This document shows positions 21,042 through 31,377 of a stretch of DNA of 64,000 nt, one piece after another (the first letter of the stretch is position 1; each line of letters starts with the position of its first letter). The DNA lies in contig JAYUTK010000001.1 of NCBI GenBank assembly GCA_043755195.1, forward strand, positions 2,875 through 66,874, written 5' to 3'. The notes under the pieces are model-generated. The model was given only the letters and a program-made list of their open reading frames with translations. It was not told where the DNA came from and ran no database searches. The DNA comes from Gallionellaceae bacterium. Lineage in GTDB: Bacteria; Pseudomonadota; Gammaproteobacteria; Burkholderiales; Gallionellaceae. A program made the translations under genes and the position numbers.

Positions 21042-22367
21042 TTAGTGATTTTTTCCAGCCGTTTCTATCACCTGACTGCGCCCCTGTTTAATCTGGGCGG
21101 GAATGGCATCGCGCTGAAACTGCTTGTTTCTCAGATGAATGCGCCCGGTCACACCATCCAAGGGGAGTGCGGTGCGGTAGCTGCTGCTGAGCATGATGTT
21201 GAGCAAGCGGAAGGCATCCACTCCGAGCGCATACAGGCGTTCCCTATCTGGCTCCAGCGCTGGGTTGGCGCGAGGATAAATCATCACTGCCGGATGATCG
21301 GGTTGCAGCAGCCAAGGCATGCCGACAAAACGAATATCATTCAAATCATAATTGACCAGGGTATCGGCATTGCCATTGAATAATTGCGAAGTTGCGTAAA
21401 TCGGTAGCGCCGCATTCAGGTAAGGGCGTATCACCCGCGCTTTTTCTACATCTGCCGCGAGGAACACCATATTGCCCGGCGCAATAGTCGGCGGCGGGAT
21501 GAAATCCGGGTCGGCATCGTCTGACCAAGGGTCGGACTGCTGAGCTGACTCTGGCGCGTCTTCACCCGCTACGGTAGGAAGTAACGCGAGCGCTGCCGGA
21601 TCATTTTTATACAAAATTTCCTCGGTCACGCTGCCGCCCAAGGATGTCCATTCGTCGGCAAAGGCCATCGATAAGCGCTTGGAGAGTGCGGTGCCCGTGC
21701 TGATGATGGTGGCATAGTGCAACTTTGCTGCTGTTGCCAGTTGTGCGATTTGTCTAGCCTCGGCCTCTGCCGACAGGCCAAAAAAATACAGCTTATCGGC
21801 GACTTCGTTTTCAACGATGTTTAACGCCAAAGTCGGCACCTCTATATTCGGATAATCCGCCAGCGCAGAAACACCGTCGCGCGTCAACGGGCCTGCCACG
21901 GCGACCGCACCGTTGGCCAAGGCAATTTTATACAGCGCCACAATGTCTTGGCTCTCATCTATGCTGCCATAGACTCTGATCGGCAAGGTTTGTTGCTGAC
22001 TGCTGGCAGCCGCAAAAAACCCCTGTCGCACTGCATCGGCTGCCCGCTCAAAGGTGGTTGATTTGAGTGGTAACAGCAACGCAATATGGGCGGCTGGACT
22101 CGCGTCCGGCGACTGCTCTAATGGCTCATCCAGAGTTAAAGGTTGAACTTCAACCTGCGGCAAAGGTTGTGCCTCAAGTAGCGGCTCAAGCTCTGCGGGT
22201 TTGATAACCGACTCGACTGGAGCGGCTGGCTGAGGTGTGGGGGGCGCTGCAACAATGGGGGGCGCAGCAAGCTGAGTGGTGGGAGTGGCACAGCCACCCA
22301 CGCTCACGTATAGTGCGGCGGCTAACAGAAACCAACAACAAGAGGGAAAACGGTGCATAGCGGTCAA
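21042..22367 (-). CDS. Penicillin-binding protein activator (LpoA/LppC family lipoprotein)
   Basis: Lipobox VGGC, HIALLLPL, AGPLTR, RLYALGVDA, LDGVTG; rsmI-lpoA-yraN-gmhA-dolP synteny. Confidence 0.85.
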   Translation of the reverse strand: MTAMHRFPSCCWFLLAAALYVSVGGCATPTTQLAAPPIVAAPPTPQPAAPVESVIKPAELEPLLEAQPLPQVEVQPLTLDEPLEQSPDASPAAHIALLLPLKSTTFERAADAVRQGFFAAASSQQQTLPIRVYGSIDESQDIVALYKIALANGAVAVAGPLTRDGVSALADYPNIEVPTLALNIVENEVADKLYFFGLSAEAEARQIAQLATAAKLHYATIISTGTALSKRLSMAFADEWTSLGGSVTEEILYKNDPAALALLPTVAGEDAPESAQQSDPWSDDADPDFIPPPTIAPGNMVFLAADVEKARVIRPYLNAALPIYATSQLFNGNADTLVNYDLNDIRFVGMPWLLQPDHPAVMIYPRANPALEPDRERLYALGVDAFRLLNIMLSSSYRTALPLDGVTGRIHLRNKQFQRDAIPAQIKQGRSQVIETAGKNH

Positions 22368-23222
22368 AAGCAGAAATTGGAATGTGCATTATATGTAGTT
22401 GCCACGCCAATAGGGAATTTACGTGACATGAGTTTGCGCGCACTCGATGTGCTGGCATCCGCCGACACTATCGCCGCCGAGGACACGCGCAACACCGGCC
22501 ATCTGTTGGCACACTACGACATTGCTGCCAACCGACTGATGGCGCTGCACCAACATAACGAACGCGCGGCGGCGACCAAGATCATCGAGCTGCTGGCACA
22601 AGGGCAGGCGGTGGCACTGGTCACGGATGCGGGCACTCCGGCGGTAAGCGATCCCGGCGCGCTATTGGTCGCAGAAGTAAGGGCTGCCGGTTATCGGGCG
22701 ATCCCCATCCCCGGTGCGAATGCAGCCTTAGCGGCCTTGAGCGCTGCGGGCTTGTCTGACCCACATTTTTTATTTTATGGATTTTTACCCAACAAATCTG
22801 CTGCGCGTTGCCGCACCTTGCAGGAACTGGCCGCACTGCCCTATACCCTAGTATTTTATGAAGCCCCGCACCGCATTGTGGAATGCGTGACCGATTTGCA
22901 TCACGTTTTCGGTGACGAGCGGCAGATTGTGTTCGCCCGCGAAATCACCAAGCTGTTTGAAAGCATACACCGCTGTTCTCTGGCCGAAGCACTGGCTTGG
23001 CTGAATGCCGACCCGAACAACCAGCGCGGCGAATTTGTGTTGCTGATTTCGGGTGCAGCAGAGCAGCAGCAAGACTTGGATGCCGAGGCCGAACGCATTC
23101 TTGTTCTGTTATTGCAAGAAATGCCGCTCAAACGCGCAGTGCAACTGGCCGTGCAAATAAGCGGAGCCAGCAAAAATCACTTGTATCAGCGCGCGCTGCA
23201 AATTAAGGGGCAAGCAGAGTAA
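22353..23222 (+). CDS. rsmI: 16S rRNA C1402 2'-O-methyltransferase
   Basis: [46 protein letters not shown]. Confidence 0.97.
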   Translation: MHSGQKQKLECALYVVATPIGNLRDMSLRALDVLASADTIAAEDTRNTGHLLAHYDIAANRLMALHQHNERAAATKIIELLAQGQAVALVTDAGTPAVSDPGALLVAEVRAAGYRAIPIPGANAALAALSAAGLSDPHFLFYGFLPNKSAARCRTLQELAALPYTLVFYEAPHRIVECVTDLHHVFGDERQIVFAREITKLFESIHRCSLAEALAWLNADPNNQRGEFVLLISGAAEQQQDLDAEAERILVLLLQEMPLKRAVQLAVQISGASKNHLYQRALQIKGQAE

Positions 23223-23223
23223 A

Positions 23224-24264
23224 ATGACGGCAATGAAAATCACCCTAACCCGCCCCGACGATTGGCATCTGCACCTGCGCGACGGTGCGCTGATGCAATC
23301 GGTGCTACCCGATACCGCGCGCCAATTTGCCCGCGCCATCGTCATGCCCAATCTTAAACCACCAGTCACCACTACCGACCAAGCTTTGGCATATCGCGCA
23401 CGCATCATCGCCGCTATTCCTGCGGGCATGCGGTTTGAACCGCTGATGACGCTGTATCTCACCGACAACACCACCACGCAAGAAATTCGCACCGCCAAGC
23501 AAAGCGGTGAGATACACGCCGTCAAATATTATCCGGCAGGCGCTACTACTAACTCCGATGCCGGTGTGACCGATATGCGTAAAGCCTATCCCGCGCTGGA
23601 AGAAATGCAGCGCTGTGGCATGCCGCTGCTGGTGCATGGAGAAGTCACCGACACGGAAGTGGATGTGTTTGACCGCGAGAGTGTATTTATTGAGCGCGTA
23701 TTGCAACCGCTATTGCGCGACTTGCCCGGCTTGCGCGTGGTGTTTGAACACATCACCACATCGGATGCCGTGCAATTTGTAGCCGAGTCTGGCGACAACA
23801 TCGCTGCCACTATTACTGCCCACCATTTGCTGTATAACCGCAACGCCATGTTCAACGGCGGCATCCGCCCGCACTATTATTGCCTGCCCGTGCTCAAGCG
23901 CGAGACGCATCGCAAAGCGTTAATAGCAGCAGCCACCAGCGGCAACAAAAAATTCTTCCTCGGCACCGACAGCGCGCCACACGCTCAACACACCAAAGAA
24001 ACTGCCTGCGGCTGTGCCGGAATTTATACCGCCCATGCTGCCATAGAGCTGTATGCGGAAGCCTTTGAGCAGGCGCAAGCGCTGGATAAGCTGGAAGGGT
24101 TCGCCAGTTTTTATGGGGCCGATTTTTATCGGCTACCGCGCAACACACAAAACATAACTTTGTACAAAAAACCGTGGCAAGTTCCTGCAACAGTTGAGCT
24201 GGGCGAACATCGCCTGGTGCCTCTTAGAGCGGGGGAGACAATCCCATGGCTACTGGAAAAATAA
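23224..24264 (+). CDS. pyrC: Dihydroorotase
   Basis: [44 protein letters not shown]. Confidence 0.98.
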   Translation: MTAMKITLTRPDDWHLHLRDGALMQSVLPDTARQFARAIVMPNLKPPVTTTDQALAYRARIIAAIPAGMRFEPLMTLYLTDNTTTQEIRTAKQSGEIHAVKYYPAGATTNSDAGVTDMRKAYPALEEMQRCGMPLLVHGEVTDTEVDVFDRESVFIERVLQPLLRDLPGLRVVFEHITTSDAVQFVAESGDNIAATITAHHLLYNRNAMFNGGIRPHYYCLPVLKRETHRKALIAAATSGNKKFFLGTDSAPHAQHTKETACGCAGIYTAHAAIELYAEAFEQAQALDKLEGFASFYGADFYRLPRNTQNITLYKKPWQVPATVELGEHRLVPLRAGETIPWLLEK

Positions 24265-24274
24265 ACGCATAGTT

Positions 24275-24733
24275 ATGAAAATCTTTAAGAGTGCTTTGGC
24301 AGAAATATACCGTCACTTTAGTGATGAATATTTACTGGAAAAGCTAAGATCGGGAACATTGATAGAGATGGCGGTGCAAGTGGTGCAGGAAGAGCTTGAA
24401 AGCAGGGGTGTTTCATATCTACCCTGGCCACCCGATGTGGAGAATGTTGCTGCGCCGATTCATTATGACCCGCTTAATTTTGTCACCGTGGCCAGTTCGC
24501 TTAACAGCATCACTATGCACATACTGCGCGCCCGATTGGAGGCGGAAGGCATACCCGCCATTTTAGCCGATGCCAATATGGCGCAGTCCTACTCTCTCGT
24601 CTCTGTGGCAGTCGGCGGGGTAAGAGTGCAAGTTCCCGCCGAATTTGTGGAAGAGGCCCAGCAAATTATCGCAGACGTAAACTCAGGGGCTTTGATGCTG
24701 ACCGAAGAGGATGATGTGGGGAGTTCGGTTTGA
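24275..24733 (+). CDS. DUF2007 (putative signal-transducing) domain protein
   Basis: HILRARLEAEGIPAILAD...GGVRVQVP; ATG 24275 preferred over 24194. Confidence 0.75.
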   Translation: MKIFKSALAEIYRHFSDEYLLEKLRSGTLIEMAVQVVQEELESRGVSYLPWPPDVENVAAPIHYDPLNFVTVASSLNSITMHILRARLEAEGIPAILADANMAQSYSLVSVAVGGVRVQVPAEFVEEAQQIIADVNSGALMLTEEDDVGSSV

Positions 24734-24760
24734 AACTGACTGCACTTAAGGGGTTGAGGA

Positions 24761-25174
24761 ATGAGTGAGGAAAGCCAGGTTTTCAGTTTACCCATCCGCG
24801 TGTATTTTCAAGATACTGATGCGGGTGGCGTGGTGTATCACGCCAGCTACGTGAACTTTTTGGAGCGCGCGCGGACTGAGTGGCTGCGCGAGTGTTATGG
24901 TTACAGCAATGCCGGCTTGATGAAGGAATTCGGTGTGGTGTTTGTAGTGCGCGCACTCAAGCTGGATTATCTCAAGCCCGCGTTGCTGGATGATATGCTC
25001 ACCGTCAGCGCGCAGTTGCAGAACGCGGGGCGCAGCAGCGTTTCCTTGCAGCAGTCTGTCATGCGCGACGAAGCAACTTTGCTGAAGGCGGAAATTCATC
25101 TGGTGTGTGTGACCATGAATGATTTCAAGCCGACCAGTGTGCCGAAAATTTTACGTGAACAATGGAAAAAATAA
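24761..25174 (+). CDS. ybgC: Tol-Pal-associated acyl-CoA thioesterase
   Basis: RVYFQDTDAGGVVYHASYVNFLERARTEWLR. Confidence 0.95.
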   Translation: MSEESQVFSLPIRVYFQDTDAGGVVYHASYVNFLERARTEWLRECYGYSNAGLMKEFGVVFVVRALKLDYLKPALLDDMLTVSAQLQNAGRSSVSLQQSVMRDEATLLKAEIHLVCVTMNDFKPTSVPKILREQWKK

Positions 25175-25175
25175 G

Positions 25176-25850
25176 ATGGACGTGAGCAAGGATTTATCGT
25201 TTATTCCCCTGATTATGAATGCCAGCCTGCTGGTGCAGCTGGTGATGGGGGTGTTGCTGATCGTGTCGCTGATGTCATGGTGGTACATCTTCCTCAAGAT
25301 GTTTTCTATCCGGCAAGCGGTTAGGCAAAGCCGGGAGTTTGAAGACGCATTTTGGAGTTACTCCGATCTGAACAAGCTCTACCAAGATGCCGTCAAGGAA
25401 AATGAAGATGCGGGCAGCATGGGGCGTATTTTCATTGCTGGTTTTGCTGAGTACGTCAAGCTGAAGAAAAAACCCGGCGTCGAGTCGAGAGCGGTGGTGG
25501 ACGGTACGCGCCGCGCCATGAGTGCGGCCTGTCAGCGCGAGATAGATTACCTCGAATCGAATTTATCCTTTCTCGCCACGGTGGGTTCGGTCAGCCCCTA
25601 TGTCGGGCTGCTCGGTACGGTGTGGGGCATTATGAATGCCTTCCGCAGCTTGTCCAATGTCGGACAAGCCACGCTGGCGCACGTTGCACCGGGCATTGCC
25701 GAGGCGCTCATCGCCACCGCAATGGGCTTGTTTGCAGCGATTCCGGCTGTAGTGGCGTACAACCGCTACGCGCACGATGTGACGCGCTTGTCCTCGCGCT
25801 TTGAAAGTTTTATGGAAGAGTTTTCTAACGTGTTGTTACGCCAGCCATGA
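25176..25850 (+). CDS. tolQ: Tol-Pal inner-membrane protein TolQ
   Basis: FLATVGSVSPYVGLLGTVWGIM, VAPGIAEALIATAMGLFAAIPAV; ATG 25176. Confidence 0.97.
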   Translation: MDVSKDLSFIPLIMNASLLVQLVMGVLLIVSLMSWWYIFLKMFSIRQAVRQSREFEDAFWSYSDLNKLYQDAVKENEDAGSMGRIFIAGFAEYVKLKKKPGVESRAVVDGTRRAMSAACQREIDYLESNLSFLATVGSVSPYVGLLGTVWGIMNAFRSLSNVGQATLAHVAPGIAEALIATAMGLFAAIPAVVAYNRYAHDVTRLSSRFESFMEEFSNVLLRQP

Positions 25851-26269
25851 TTTCTTCGCGCCGTACCAATATGCAGCCGATGAGCCAAATCAATGTCGTG
25901 CCCTACATTGATGTGATGCTGGTACTGCTGGTGATATTTATGATTACCGCACCGATGATGACTCCCAGCCAGATTGATTTACCCAGCGTGGGCAAAGCAT
26001 CCACGCCCCCGGTTGCACCGCTGGAAGTCATTATCAGGAAAGATGCAACTCTGGCTTTGCGCGACCTCAGCCAAGGTGGTCAGGAACAAAATGTAACGCA
26101 CGCTAAATTGATTTCCCTGCTTAAACAAAAACAGTCTCGCAACGCAAATCAGCCCGTGGTTATTTCTGCTGATAAAAATGTGCGCTACGAGGAAGTCATT
26201 AAGATAATGGATGTGTTGCAGCAGCAACAGATCAAAAAGGTCGGCTTGCTGGCGCAGACTAAAGGTTAA
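25847..26269 (+). CDS. tolR: TolR
   Basis: INVVPYIDVMLVLLVIFMITAP. Confidence 0.97.
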   Translation: MISSRRTNMQPMSQINVVPYIDVMLVLLVIFMITAPMMTPSQIDLPSVGKASTPPVAPLEVIIRKDATLALRDLSQGGQEQNVTHAKLISLLKQKQSRNANQPVVISADKNVRYEEVIKIMDVLQQQQIKKVGLLAQTKG

Positions 26270-27081
26270 TGGACGCAATCGCTTATTCACAACCTTACAA
26301 GCTACCCGCCGGGATTTTGGCAGTGGCGATGCATGGCGCGCTGTTTGCGTTCCTGTATTTCAGCGTGCATTGGCAAGCGCAACCGCCGCAAGGCATGGTA
26401 GTAGAAATATGGGAAAGCTTGCCTGATGTGCCTAGCGCGCCCGTTCGGGATGTGCCACCGCCCATGGAAAAACCCGTATTGCCTACACCCAAAGCACCGC
26501 CCAAAATTATTGAGGCTAAGCGCCCCACCCCCGTAGCGCCCCCCAAGGTAGTGCAACCCAAGGTAGTGCAGCCAAAGACTGCGCCGCCAAAAGCTGACAT
26601 AGAGTTGGCCGACAAGAAAAAAACTCTCAAACAGGAAAAAGAAATCGCCGAGCCCGTTGTAAAAGAAAATGTGGTGGATGAAAAAATTGAGCGTAAAGCG
26701 CAAGCCGAACGACTGGCACAAGCCGCGAAAGAAGCGCAGGCTGTGCAGGAACGCGCCGCACAGTCTGCCGCCATAGGCAAAGTTATCAATGAACATATCG
26801 GGAAAATTCGAGCTAAAATAAAACGCAACATAGTCGAGCCGCGAGATCTGCCTACAGGCATTCATGGGAAATTCAGCATCACCGTGTTACCCGGTGGTTC
26901 GGTGCTGAATGTGCGACTGGTTAAATCCAGCGGCAATACCGCTTATGACAACGCGGTGGAGCGCGCCATATTAAAGTCGCAACCTTTGCCCGTTCCAGAA
27001 GATATAGCATTGTTTCAAAAATTTCGTGAGATTAACTTTCCCTTCTGCCCAGATAAAGGCGAAGGAACATGTGAGGAGTAA
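26269..27081 (+). CDS. tolA: TolA
   Basis: N-terminal TM with conserved His, Pro/Lys-rich linker, TonB_2-like C-terminus SSGNTAYDNAVERAI. Confidence 0.92.
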   Translation: MDAIAYSQPYKLPAGILAVAMHGALFAFLYFSVHWQAQPPQGMVVEIWESLPDVPSAPVRDVPPPMEKPVLPTPKAPPKIIEAKRPTPVAPPKVVQPKVVQPKTAPPKADIELADKKKTLKQEKEIAEPVVKENVVDEKIERKAQAERLAQAAKEAQAVQERAAQSAAIGKVINEHIGKIRAKIKRNIVEPRDLPTGIHGKFSITVLPGGSVLNVRLVKSSGNTAYDNAVERAILKSQPLPVPEDIALFQKFREINFPFCPDKGEGTCEE

Positions 27082-27087
27082 TTAAGT

Positions 27088-28353
27088 TTGAAAGCATTTC
27101 AGTATTTCGTATTCAGTTTATTCCTGTGCAGCGCGTTGCCTGCCCATGCTGCATTAACCATCGAGATTATGGGCGCGGGCGAAAATCAAATTCCGATTGC
27201 TATTGTCCCCTTGGCCGGCGATGCAAAACTTGCACTAAGCATCGCTGAGGTCGTGTCTGCCGATCTGGCGCGTAGTGGCCTATTCCGATTGGTTGAAGCT
27301 GCGGGAAAATTGCCGCATGAGCCGAGCGAGGTAGTGTATGACGAGTGGGCGGGTGTGGATGCCTTGCTGATCGGCAGCGTAAAAATTTTGCCGGATGGAC
27401 GAGCCGAGGCCAAAATTCGTTTGTTGGATGCGGTTAAACGGACTGAATTACTGGGTCAGAAAGTGTCAGCCAAAAGTGACCAACCGCGCGCCATCGGACA
27501 CCGTATTGCCGATTTAATTTACGAAAAGCTCACCGGGGATGCGGGTGTATTCAGCACACGCATCGCCTACGTTAACCGACAGGGAAGGGCTAACCGCCTA
27601 GTGGTGGCGGATAGCGACGGTTATGGTGAACAGTCTGTGCGATCAATCAATGAACCCCTCATGTCGCCCGCATGGTCGCCCGACGGCAAGCAGCTTGCCT
27701 ATGTATCATTCGAGCAAAACCATGCGGTCATATATGTCCAATCATTGTTGACCAATCAGCGCACGATATTGGCTAACTTCAAGGGGAGTAATAGCGCCCC
27801 AACATGGGCACCAGATGGAAAAACGCTGGCCATCGTACTGACACGCGACGATAGTTCGCAGATCTATCTGGTGCAGCCTGATGGCAGCAATTTGCGGCGC
27901 TTGACCTTTGGTGGTGGGATTGATACCGAGCCAAATTTCTCGCCTGACGGCAAATATTTATTGTTTACTTCAAATCGCGGTGGCAGCGCGCAGATTTACC
28001 GCATGCCTGTGGCAGGGGGAGCTGCCGAACGCCAAACTTTTGAGGGAGGCAATAATTTTTCACCGCGCTATAGTCCCGACGGCAAAAGTTTTGTTTTTGC
28101 TCACTTCAGCAACGGAAAATTTTATGTTGCCACGCAAGACTTTCAGAGCAAACAGATGCAGTTGTTATCCGAGGGCGGCTGGGAAAAGAAGCCCAGCTTT
28201 TCCCCCAATGGCAGACTGGTCTTGTTTGCCACCGAGGCGCAGGGTCGTGGTATATTAGCGACCGTTTCCAGCGATGGTAGGGTGAAGCAGCGTATGTTCC
28301 CGCAAATCGGTGACATACGAGAACCTACTTGGGGGCCTTTTTTGAAACAGTAA
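27088..28353 (+). CDS. tolB: TolB
   Basis: FSTRIAYV and repeated PAWSPDG beta-propeller motifs. Confidence 0.97.
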   Translation: MKAFQYFVFSLFLCSALPAHAALTIEIMGAGENQIPIAIVPLAGDAKLALSIAEVVSADLARSGLFRLVEAAGKLPHEPSEVVYDEWAGVDALLIGSVKILPDGRAEAKIRLLDAVKRTELLGQKVSAKSDQPRAIGHRIADLIYEKLTGDAGVFSTRIAYVNRQGRANRLVVADSDGYGEQSVRSINEPLMSPAWSPDGKQLAYVSFEQNHAVIYVQSLLTNQRTILANFKGSNSAPTWAPDGKTLAIVLTRDDSSQIYLVQPDGSNLRRLTFGGGIDTEPNFSPDGKYLLFTSNRGGSAQIYRMPVAGGAAERQTFEGGNNFSPRYSPDGKSFVFAHFSNGKFYVATQDFQSKQMQLLSEGGWEKKPSFSPNGRLVLFATEAQGRGILATVSSDGRVKQRMFPQIGDIREPTWGPFLKQ

Positions 28354-28379
28354 CTTTGAGATAAGTAAGGAGAATATAA

Positions 28380-28904
28380 ATGAAGAATTTAGCAATTGCT
28401 ATGGTGCTGGCTACTTTTTTGGTTGCCTGTGCCAGTAAAAAACCAGTGACCACTGCAGATGAATCTGCGCCAGAAAAGGCTGCCGAAACTGTGTCTAGCT
28501 CTGGCTCTGGCTCATCCTCGTCCCCAACTTCCCCTCCATCTGTAGGAGTTGATCCGCTGAATGATCCAAACAGCCTATTGGCTACTCGCAGCCTATATTA
28601 CCCGCTTGATGGCTATGCAGTACAAGCTGCGGATGAAGAAACGGTTCAAGAGCATGCCAAATATCTGGCCACGCATCCAGACCGTAAAATTCGCGTTGAA
28701 GGAAATGCGGATGAGCGCGGCAGCACTGAATACAACCTAGCTCTGGGTCAGCGTCGTGCGGATGGCGTCAAGAAGATGCTGGTTTTGGGTGGCGCTAAGA
28801 GCAGCCAGATCGAAACAGTCAGCTACGGCGAAGAAAAGCCTAAGGCAGACGGACATGGAGAAGCTGCTTGGTCGCAGAATCGACGTGTCGATTTGAACTA
28901 TTAG
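28380..28904 (+). CDS. pal: Peptidoglycan-associated lipoprotein
   Basis: Lipobox LVAC, EGNADERGSTEYNLALGQRRA, SYGEEKP, NRR. Confidence 0.98.
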   Translation: MKNLAIAMVLATFLVACASKKPVTTADESAPEKAAETVSSSGSGSSSSPTSPPSVGVDPLNDPNSLLATRSLYYPLDGYAVQAADEETVQEHAKYLATHPDRKIRVEGNADERGSTEYNLALGQRRADGVKKMLVLGGAKSSQIETVSYGEEKPKADGHGEAAWSQNRRVDLNY

Positions 28905-28919
28905 TAAGATAAGAGCAAG

Positions 28920-29723
28920 TTGAAATTACGCGCCTTATTATTTGCTGGATTGTGTGTAATCGCTGGACAGGCTAATTCTGGCCTGTTCAGCGATGATGAG
29001 GCGCACCAACAGATTCAGCAGCTTGTAGTTCGCATTTCCAAGCTGGAAGAAAAGTTACAAGAAACTAGTAAGCAGCTTGAAGCTGGCAAGCTACAAACCC
29101 AAGCCATGTTTGATCTACAAACGCAGATCGAGGCGCAGAATGTCGAATTAAGCAAGTTGCGCGGACAAAACGAAGAGTTAGTACACAATCTGCAGGATGC
29201 CGAGAAACGGCAAAAGGATTTTTACGTTGACCTCGATACCCGCATGCGTCACTTTGAAACTATAGAAGCGACAGCAGCGACTGCCCCTCCTCCCGCAGCA
29301 CCTCAAATTACCAATGATATAGCTGCTCCACTAGCCGCAGACGACCCTGCCCTGGAAAATCGTGCATATGAGACGGCTTATGCTTTATTTAAAACGGGCA
29401 ATCACCAAAAAGCCGTCAGCGCTTTTCAGGAATTCCCGAAAAAATTCCCGGAATCGGTACATCTGCCTAATGTTTATTTCCAAATGGGCGGCGCTTATTT
29501 TGCCTTAAACGAATACCGGAACGCATTAGACAGCTATCAGCTATTGATACGCAAGTATTCCTACAGCCCCATCGTACCCGATGCCATGTTGGAACTTGCC
29601 GATTGTCAAAAGATGCTGGACGACAAGGTTTCGGCCAAAAAGACACTCCAGCAAATTATCGCCAAATATCCTGGCAGCAAATCCGCTGACAAGGCCAGAA
29701 GCCTTCTCAAGACCTACAAGTAA
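28920..29723 (+). CDS. cpoB: Tol-Pal TPR protein CpoB/YbgF
   Basis: Signal peptide, coiled coil, TPR C-terminus; follows pal. Confidence 0.93.
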   Translation: MKLRALLFAGLCVIAGQANSGLFSDDEAHQQIQQLVVRISKLEEKLQETSKQLEAGKLQTQAMFDLQTQIEAQNVELSKLRGQNEELVHNLQDAEKRQKDFYVDLDTRMRHFETIEATAATAPPPAAPQITNDIAAPLAADDPALENRAYETAYALFKTGNHQKAVSAFQEFPKKFPESVHLPNVYFQMGGAYFALNEYRNALDSYQLLIRKYSYSPIVPDAMLELADCQKMLDDKVSAKKTLQQIIAKYPGSKSADKARSLLKTYK

Positions 29724-29731
29724 AGGCAGCT

Positions 29732-30391
29732 ATGCCTTCGTACTCCACCAGCGCGCAACTGCGCATCACTGAAATTTTTTATTCCTTGCAAGGTGAAAGC
29801 AGCCGCGTCGGTTTGCCGACGGTGTTTGTGCGCCTGACAGGCTGCCCCTTGCGCTGCACCTATTGCGACACTGCCTATGCTTTTAGCGGTGGCAACAATA
29901 TGCCTATTGCAGAGGTACTCACGGAAGTAGCGCGTTACGCAACGCGCTATGTGACGGTAACCGGGGGTGAGCCTCTAGCGCAGAAGGGTTGCCTGCCCTT
30001 GCTGCGCGCCTTGTGCGATGCGGGCTATGAAGTGTCGCTGGAGACCGGCGGGGCACTGGATATATCCGGGGTGGATGCGCGCGTAATGAGGGTGATGGAC
30101 ATCAAGACCCCGGCCTCAGGTGAGATGGAAAAAAATCGCTGGGATAATCTGGCTGTGTTGCATGAGCATGACGAAATAAAATTCGTGTTATGCGATGAGG
30201 CTGATTATATTTGGGCTGTGCAGGTATTGCGCGAACGCAATCTGGCGGATACATGCACAGTATTATTTTCTCCGTCACATGAGCAACTGTCGCCAACCGT
30301 GCTGGCCGATTGGATATTGCGTGACCACTTGCCGGTGCGTATGCAGGTGCAGTTGCACAAGGTGCTATGGGGCGTACAGCCCGGAAAATAA
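29732..30391 (+). CDS. queE: 7-carboxy-7-deazaguanine synthase
   Basis: EIFYSLQGE, radical-SAM CPLRCTYCD, TGGEP, QVQLHK. Confidence 0.97.
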   Translation: MPSYSTSAQLRITEIFYSLQGESSRVGLPTVFVRLTGCPLRCTYCDTAYAFSGGNNMPIAEVLTEVARYATRYVTVTGGEPLAQKGCLPLLRALCDAGYEVSLETGGALDISGVDARVMRVMDIKTPASGEMEKNRWDNLAVLHEHDEIKFVLCDEADYIWAVQVLRERNLADTCTVLFSPSHEQLSPTVLADWILRDHLPVRMQVQLHKVLWGVQPGK

Positions 30392-30397
30392 AAAGCT

Positions 30398-31084
30398 ATG
30401 AAGAACGCAGTGGTGCTGTTATCCGGCGGGCTAGATTCCGCCACCGTATTGGCCTTAGCTCGACAACAGGGTTTTGACTGCTACGCGCTAAGTGTAGATT
30501 ACGGGCAGCGCCACCATGCCGAATTAGCGGCTGCCCAGCGCGTGGCACAGATATTAGGGGCGATCGAACAGCGCGTCATCAAAGTTGACCTGACCGGGTT
30601 TGGCGGCTCCGCCCTGACCGATGCGCGCATTGCCGTACCGCAACAGCTAGCACCGGGCATCCCACTGACCTACGTTCCGGCGCGCAACACCATTATGCTG
30701 TCGCTGGCTCTGGCCTGGGCAGAGGTGTTGCAGGCACAAGATATTTTCATCGGGGTAAACGCCGTGGACTATTCCGGTTATCCCGACTGTCGTCCTGAAT
30801 ACATCGCGGCATTTGAACACATGGCCAATCTTGCCACCAAGGCTACGATTGAAGGTAAACCACTCACTCTACACACCCCATTGCTACACCTGAGCAAAGC
30901 TGACATCATCAAACTCGGTGTGCAGTCAGGCGTAGATTACAGCCAGACCGTGTCCTGTTATCAGGCCGACACCGAGGGCCGCGCATGTGCCGTGTGTGAC
31001 TCGTGCCGATTACGCCGCGCAGGCTTCAAAGCCGCCGGAATAGCCGATCCAACGCGCTATGACACACATGAAAACGCTCGGTAG
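30398..31084 (+). CDS. queC: 7-cyano-7-deazaguanine synthase
   Basis: [37 protein letters not shown]; stop codon supplied by the IS terminus. Confidence 0.98.
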   Translation: MKNAVVLLSGGLDSATVLALARQQGFDCYALSVDYGQRHHAELAAAQRVAQILGAIEQRVIKVDLTGFGGSALTDARIAVPQQLAPGIPLTYVPARNTIMLSLALAWAEVLQAQDIFIGVNAVDYSGYPDCRPEYIAAFEHMANLATKATIEGKPLTLHTPLLHLSKADIIKLGVQSGVDYSQTVSCYQADTEGRACAVCDSCRLRRAGFKAAGIADPTRYDTHENAR

Positions 31085-31146
31085 TGTCTCAGTTTGAAAT
31101 CCTGAATCGTTGACTGTGCGGCATGAGCGGCTATACTAGCAGCACT

Positions 31147-31377
31147 ATGCCTAAACGCTCAAGCAGACTAGATATGAATCAACTCGCCAAGCGCATTGTA
31201 GATGAAGCGACTGGCGAGGACGAGAAAACTTCACCACCACCGCAAAAGAATCAAGCCGCCGTGGAGCTTGGGCGGCTTGGGGGGAAGAAAGGCGGGAAGG
31301 CTAGGGCTGAAAACCTTACGCCGGAGCAGCGGTCAGAAATTGCTAAAAAGGCCGCTAAATCACGCTGGGATAGATAA
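31147..31377 (+). CDS. Small basic protein with KGG-like motif (IS passenger)
   Basis: AAVELGRLGGKKGGKARAENLTPEQRSEIAKKAAKSRW; ATG 31147 (alternative 31123). Confidence 0.75.
   Translation: MPKRSSRLDMNQLAKRIVDEATGEDEKTSPPPQKNQAAVELGRLGGKKGGKARAENLTPEQRSEIAKKAAKSRWDR

Noticed and set aside
26295-26865. Long antisense ORFs (e.g. 26295-26861, 15782-16432, 36287-37006, 38613-39245)
   Set aside because: Shadow frames opposite well-supported genes, with no motifs or RBS
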